Positions 8,474-11,452 of a stretch of 11,452 bases of DNA are shown here, one piece after another; the first letter of the stretch is position 1; each line of letters starts with the position of its first letter. A program made the translations under genes and the position numbers. The stretch comes from an uncultured Deinococcales bacterium. Its GTDB lineage: Bacteria; Deinococcota; Deinococci; Deinococcales; JAAFIG01. Location: contig CAXTKV010000047.1 of NCBI GenBank assembly GCA_964244895.1, forward strand, positions 2,466-13,917, written 5' to 3'. A model generated the notes under the pieces. That model saw only the letters and a list, made by a program, of their open reading frames with translations. It did not search any database and had not been told where the DNA came from.

Positions 8474-10054
8474 ATGAGGGGATTCCTGAGAAATGCCGCG
8501 CTGTTAACAGTCATCGCGGCGGGAGCGGTGATGTCCGGCCAGGCGCAAAATTCGCGCTCCAGCACGCTGGTTTACGGCGGCGACTGGACGGATCTGGTGA
8601 CCGTCGATCCGGGGCAGAGCTACGAGTTCACGGGCAGCATCGTGACCGACAACCTCTACGAGACGCTCGTCAAATTCGAGGGCGACGACCTCTCGACCCT
8701 CAAGCCCGGCCTGGCCACCAGCTGGGACATCGCCGACGGGGGCAGCACCTGGAAGGTCACGTTCAAGCTGCGCCCGAACGCGAAGTTCGCGAGCGGTAGA
8801 CCCGTGACCGCCGCAGACGTGGTCTACAGCTTCGACCGGGCGATCTCGTTGAAGGGCAACGGTTCGTTCCTGTTCACCGATGTCGCCAACATCAAGGTCG
8901 GTTCGACCCGCGCCGTCAGCCCGACGACCGTCGAGGTGACGTTGCCCAAAACCGCCTCGCCGCAAGGATTCCTCAACCTGCTGACCTTCAACATCGGCGG
9001 AATCGTGGATTCGGTCGAGGTCAAATCCCACGTCGTCAACAACGATTTCGGTACGGCCTGGTTGAAGACGAACAGCGCCGGTTCCGGCCCGTTCGTGCTG
9101 CGCCAGTGGGATCAGGGCCAGCAGGTCGTGCTGGACGCCAACCCGAACTCGAGGCTGCTGCCGAAACTGAACCGCGTGGTCTTGCGCTTCATCAAGGAAG
9201 CCAACGCGCAGAAGATCGCGCTCGAGTCCAACGAAATTGACATCGCGGAAGGTCTGACGCCCGAGATGGCGCGAGACAAGGCCAAGGACGCCAAATACAC
9301 CATCTACAAGGCCGATTTGTTGAACATCTATTACCTGGGCATGAACTCGAGCAAGGACAGCTTGTTCGGTGATGCTCGCGTCCGTCAGGCGGTGCGCTGG
9401 GCGATCGATCAGGACAGCATCGTGGCCAATTTGCTCGGCGGCAACGCCAAGAAAATCCAGACGATCATCCCTTACGGCCTGCTGGGCGCGAACACGTCCA
9501 CGCCGTACAAGGTGGACGTTGAAAAAGCCAAGGCGCTCCTCGCGGCGGCGGGCAAACCGAACGGTTTTGAATTCGAGTTCCTGGTGCCGCAATACGATTG
9601 CGGCGGCGTGGCCTGCACCGACGTGGCCGTCAAGATTCAGGCCGACCTGGCGGCGGTCGGTCTGAAGGCCAACATCAAGGTCGTGTCGGTCACGGAATTG
9701 CTGACCGCCTACCGCGCGCAGAAAATCCAGATGGTGCTGATCCTGTGGGGGCCGGACTTCCCGGATCCGGACGGCAACGCCACCGCCCTGAGCGATTACA
9801 GCGCGAAATCCGTGGCCTGGCGCAACTCGTGGAACAACGAACAGGCCACCAAGCTGGCCGAGCAAGCCAAGCTCGAGCCGAACGCGCAAAAACGCGCGGC
9901 GCTCTACAAGCAGTTGACCGAGCTTCACCTTCAGGAAGGCTGGGGCGCGATGCTTTACCAGGGCTTGCGCAACGTCGTGATGCAGAAAAACGTTCAGGGC
10001 TACGTCAGGAACCCGCAGGGCACGATCCGCCTGGAGAAGATCAGCAAGCAGTGA
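8474..10054 (+). CDS. Orphan peptide ABC transporter substrate-binding protein (SBP family 5, DppA/DdpA-like)
   Basis: Start reassigned to ATG 8474 after AGGAGGAGG. Signal peptide ending GQA. NLYETLV, PGLATSW, FKLRPNAKFASGRPVTAADVVYSF, GSGPF, DARVRQAVRWAID and WGPDFPDP motifs. 526 aa. Confidence 0.94.
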   Translation: MRGFLRNAALLTVIAAGAVMSGQAQNSRSSTLVYGGDWTDLVTVDPGQSYEFTGSIVTDNLYETLVKFEGDDLSTLKPGLATSWDIADGGSTWKVTFKLRPNAKFASGRPVTAADVVYSFDRAISLKGNGSFLFTDVANIKVGSTRAVSPTTVEVTLPKTASPQGFLNLLTFNIGGIVDSVEVKSHVVNNDFGTAWLKTNSAGSGPFVLRQWDQGQQVVLDANPNSRLLPKLNRVVLRFIKEANAQKIALESNEIDIAEGLTPEMARDKAKDAKYTIYKADLLNIYYLGMNSSKDSLFGDARVRQAVRWAIDQDSIVANLLGGNAKKIQTIIPYGLLGANTSTPYKVDVEKAKALLAAAGKPNGFEFEFLVPQYDCGGVACTDVAVKIQADLAAVGLKANIKVVSVTELLTAYRAQKIQMVLILWGPDFPDPDGNATALSDYSAKSVAWRNSWNNEQATKLAEQAKLEPNAQKRAALYKQLTELHLQEGWGAMLYQGLRNVVMQKNVQGYVRNPQGTIRLEKISKQ

Positions 10055-10115
10055 CGCGATCAACCCGAGCGCGTTCCATGCTCGAGTTTCCGTGAATCCC
10101 GGTCATTGAGAGGAC

Positions 10116-10164
10116 GACACCGTGCTGCACGCGTTTACATATTCGCGTGCAGCACGGTGTTCTC
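10116..10164. repeat. Dispersed palindromic element, copy 5
   Basis: Perfect 17-bp arms ACACCGTGCTGCACGCG (10117-10133) / CGCGTGCAGCACGGTGT (10144-10160) with loop TTTACATATT. The core 10116-10161 is 46 bp. Confidence 0.9.
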
Positions 10165-10271
10165 AGGGTCGGTTGGGCTCGCGCCCAATGGGCGAATGGC
10201 CGAGTTCGAGCGTCTGCCGAACTCGAGGCGAGAGATTTCTCGGGTGTTGAACGCGCCTCGAGCGCTCCGGG

Positions 10272-11411
10272 TCAGACGACGTGCAGATTCTGAAAGCCGC
10301 GCGTCAACGGTTTCCCGCCGTCCGCACCGACCGTCACGATGTCCTCGGTGCGCGCCCCGAAGCGGTGCGGCACCATGATGCTCGGTTCGATGGTGAAGCA
10401 CATGCCTTCCGCCATGACGGTCTGATCGGTCGCGTTCAAAAAAGGCGGTTCGTGAACGTCCATGCCGATGCCGTGCCCGAGCCGATGCCGGAAGGCCGGG
10501 CCGTACCCCGCATCCTGGATCACCGACCTGGCCGCCGCGTCCGCCATCGCACAGGTGTTCCCGGCGCGCAGGGCCGCGATGCCCGCCGCCTGCGACGCCA
10601 TCACCAGCGCGTGAACCTTCAGGAATTCCGCGTCGGGTTCCCCGAAGAACACCGTGCGCCCGAAATCGTAACAGTAGCCGTCCAGCACCGCGCCGAAATC
10701 AAACGAGATCGAGACCGGAGCCTCGAGCGGCAGCAGCAGCGTCTGCTCGCGGTTGTGAAAATCGAACGGGTGCGTCGTGCCCATGTTGTAGAAGCTCGTC
10801 ACGAACGATGGCGCGAGCGAACCGTGCAATCGAAGTTGATGGTTCACTTCCGTGATCAGATCGAGCGTCGTCATGCCGTGGTGCAATTTCTGCAGCGTCG
10901 CCGCGAAGGCCGCTTCCGTGATCGCACCAGCGCGGCGCAAGACCTCGAGTTCGTCGGCGTCCTTGATCGTTCGCAACGGAACCATGACGCTCGAGGCGGA
11001 GACAAATGTTGCGTCGGGCAAGAGCGATTGAATCCGCATGACCGTTTCCGCCCTGGCCCGATCCTCGATGGCGACCGTCACCGCGCCCGCCACGCCCAGG
11101 CTCGAGAGCACGTCCCGCACCATCGCGCTCGCATCGCCCGAGTCGGGCAGCACGCGCACGTCCAGACCCGCAAAGTTGCTGTGAAAATCCGCCGTCATGC
11201 GCGGCACGCTCAAGGCGGGGGCGCGATCCGGCACGATCCACGCGCCCGTCATCCAGTCCCCGGCGTACATCGTGTTGCCGAAGTTCTGTTCCTCGCGCTG
11301 GATTCCGGTGACGTAATTCAGGTTCGCGCTGGCGGGCAGGAACATCAGGTCAATGTTCGCGGCAGCCATGTTTTCCTGGACGCGTTTCAGACGTTTTGCA
11401 AAATCAATCAT
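10272..11411 (-). CDS. Xaa-Pro dipeptidase/aminopeptidase P family protein (peptidase M24)
   Basis: Creatinase-like N-domain (NLNYVTG), LRTIKDADEL, and metal ligands in DFG...YCYD, HRLGHGIGMDVHE, TIEP and RTED. GGAGG RBS at 11416-11420 on the minus strand. Confidence 0.94.
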   Translation of the reverse strand: MIDFAKRLKRVQENMAAANIDLMFLPASANLNYVTGIQREEQNFGNTMYAGDWMTGAWIVPDRAPALSVPRMTADFHSNFAGLDVRVLPDSGDASAMVRDVLSSLGVAGAVTVAIEDRARAETVMRIQSLLPDATFVSASSVMVPLRTIKDADELEVLRRAGAITEAAFAATLQKLHHGMTTLDLITEVNHQLRLHGSLAPSFVTSFYNMGTTHPFDFHNREQTLLLPLEAPVSISFDFGAVLDGYCYDFGRTVFFGEPDAEFLKVHALVMASQAAGIAALRAGNTCAMADAAARSVIQDAGYGPAFRHRLGHGIGMDVHEPPFLNATDQTVMAEGMCFTIEPSIMVPHRFGARTEDIVTVGADGGKPLTRGFQNLHVV

Positions 11412-11419
11412 GCTTCCTC

Positions 11420-11452
11420 CCAGTGCTCAAATCCAGTGCTCAAATCCAGTGC
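11420..11452. repeat. 13-bp tandem repeat running off the window end
   Basis: CCAGTGCTCAAAT at 11420-11432 and 11433-11445, with a partial third unit at 11446-11452. Confidence 0.9.

Noticed and set aside
10173..10225. Short hairpins TTGGGC/GCCCAA and CGAGTTCG/CGAACTCG as terminators
   Set aside because: The stems are 6-8 bp without U-tracts and are compatible with chance in GC-rich DNA.

Overview
GC-rich bacterial chromosomal segment. The proteins look Deinococcota-like, but that is my inference, not a database result. In order it carries: a sigma70-type promoter, tRNA-Leu(CAA) and secG with a terminator; a complete Opp/Dpp-family peptide ABC transporter operon (SBP, two permeases, two ATPases); a convergent GNAT acetyltransferase; a second, orphan family-5 SBP; and a convergent M24 Xaa-Pro peptidase. 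The coding content is ordinary. The unusual signal is in the non-coding DNA. (1) A dispersed palindromic element with a fixed 46-bp core (58 bp with CTCGAG ends) occurs in five intergenic regions. (2) CTCGAG is strongly over-represented, with at least 34 copies by hand count. (3) There is a perfect inverted doublet of a GTAG-type REP. (4) The SBP gene may have a structured 5' leader. (5) Tandem repeats of 39 bp and 13 bp run off the two window ends.
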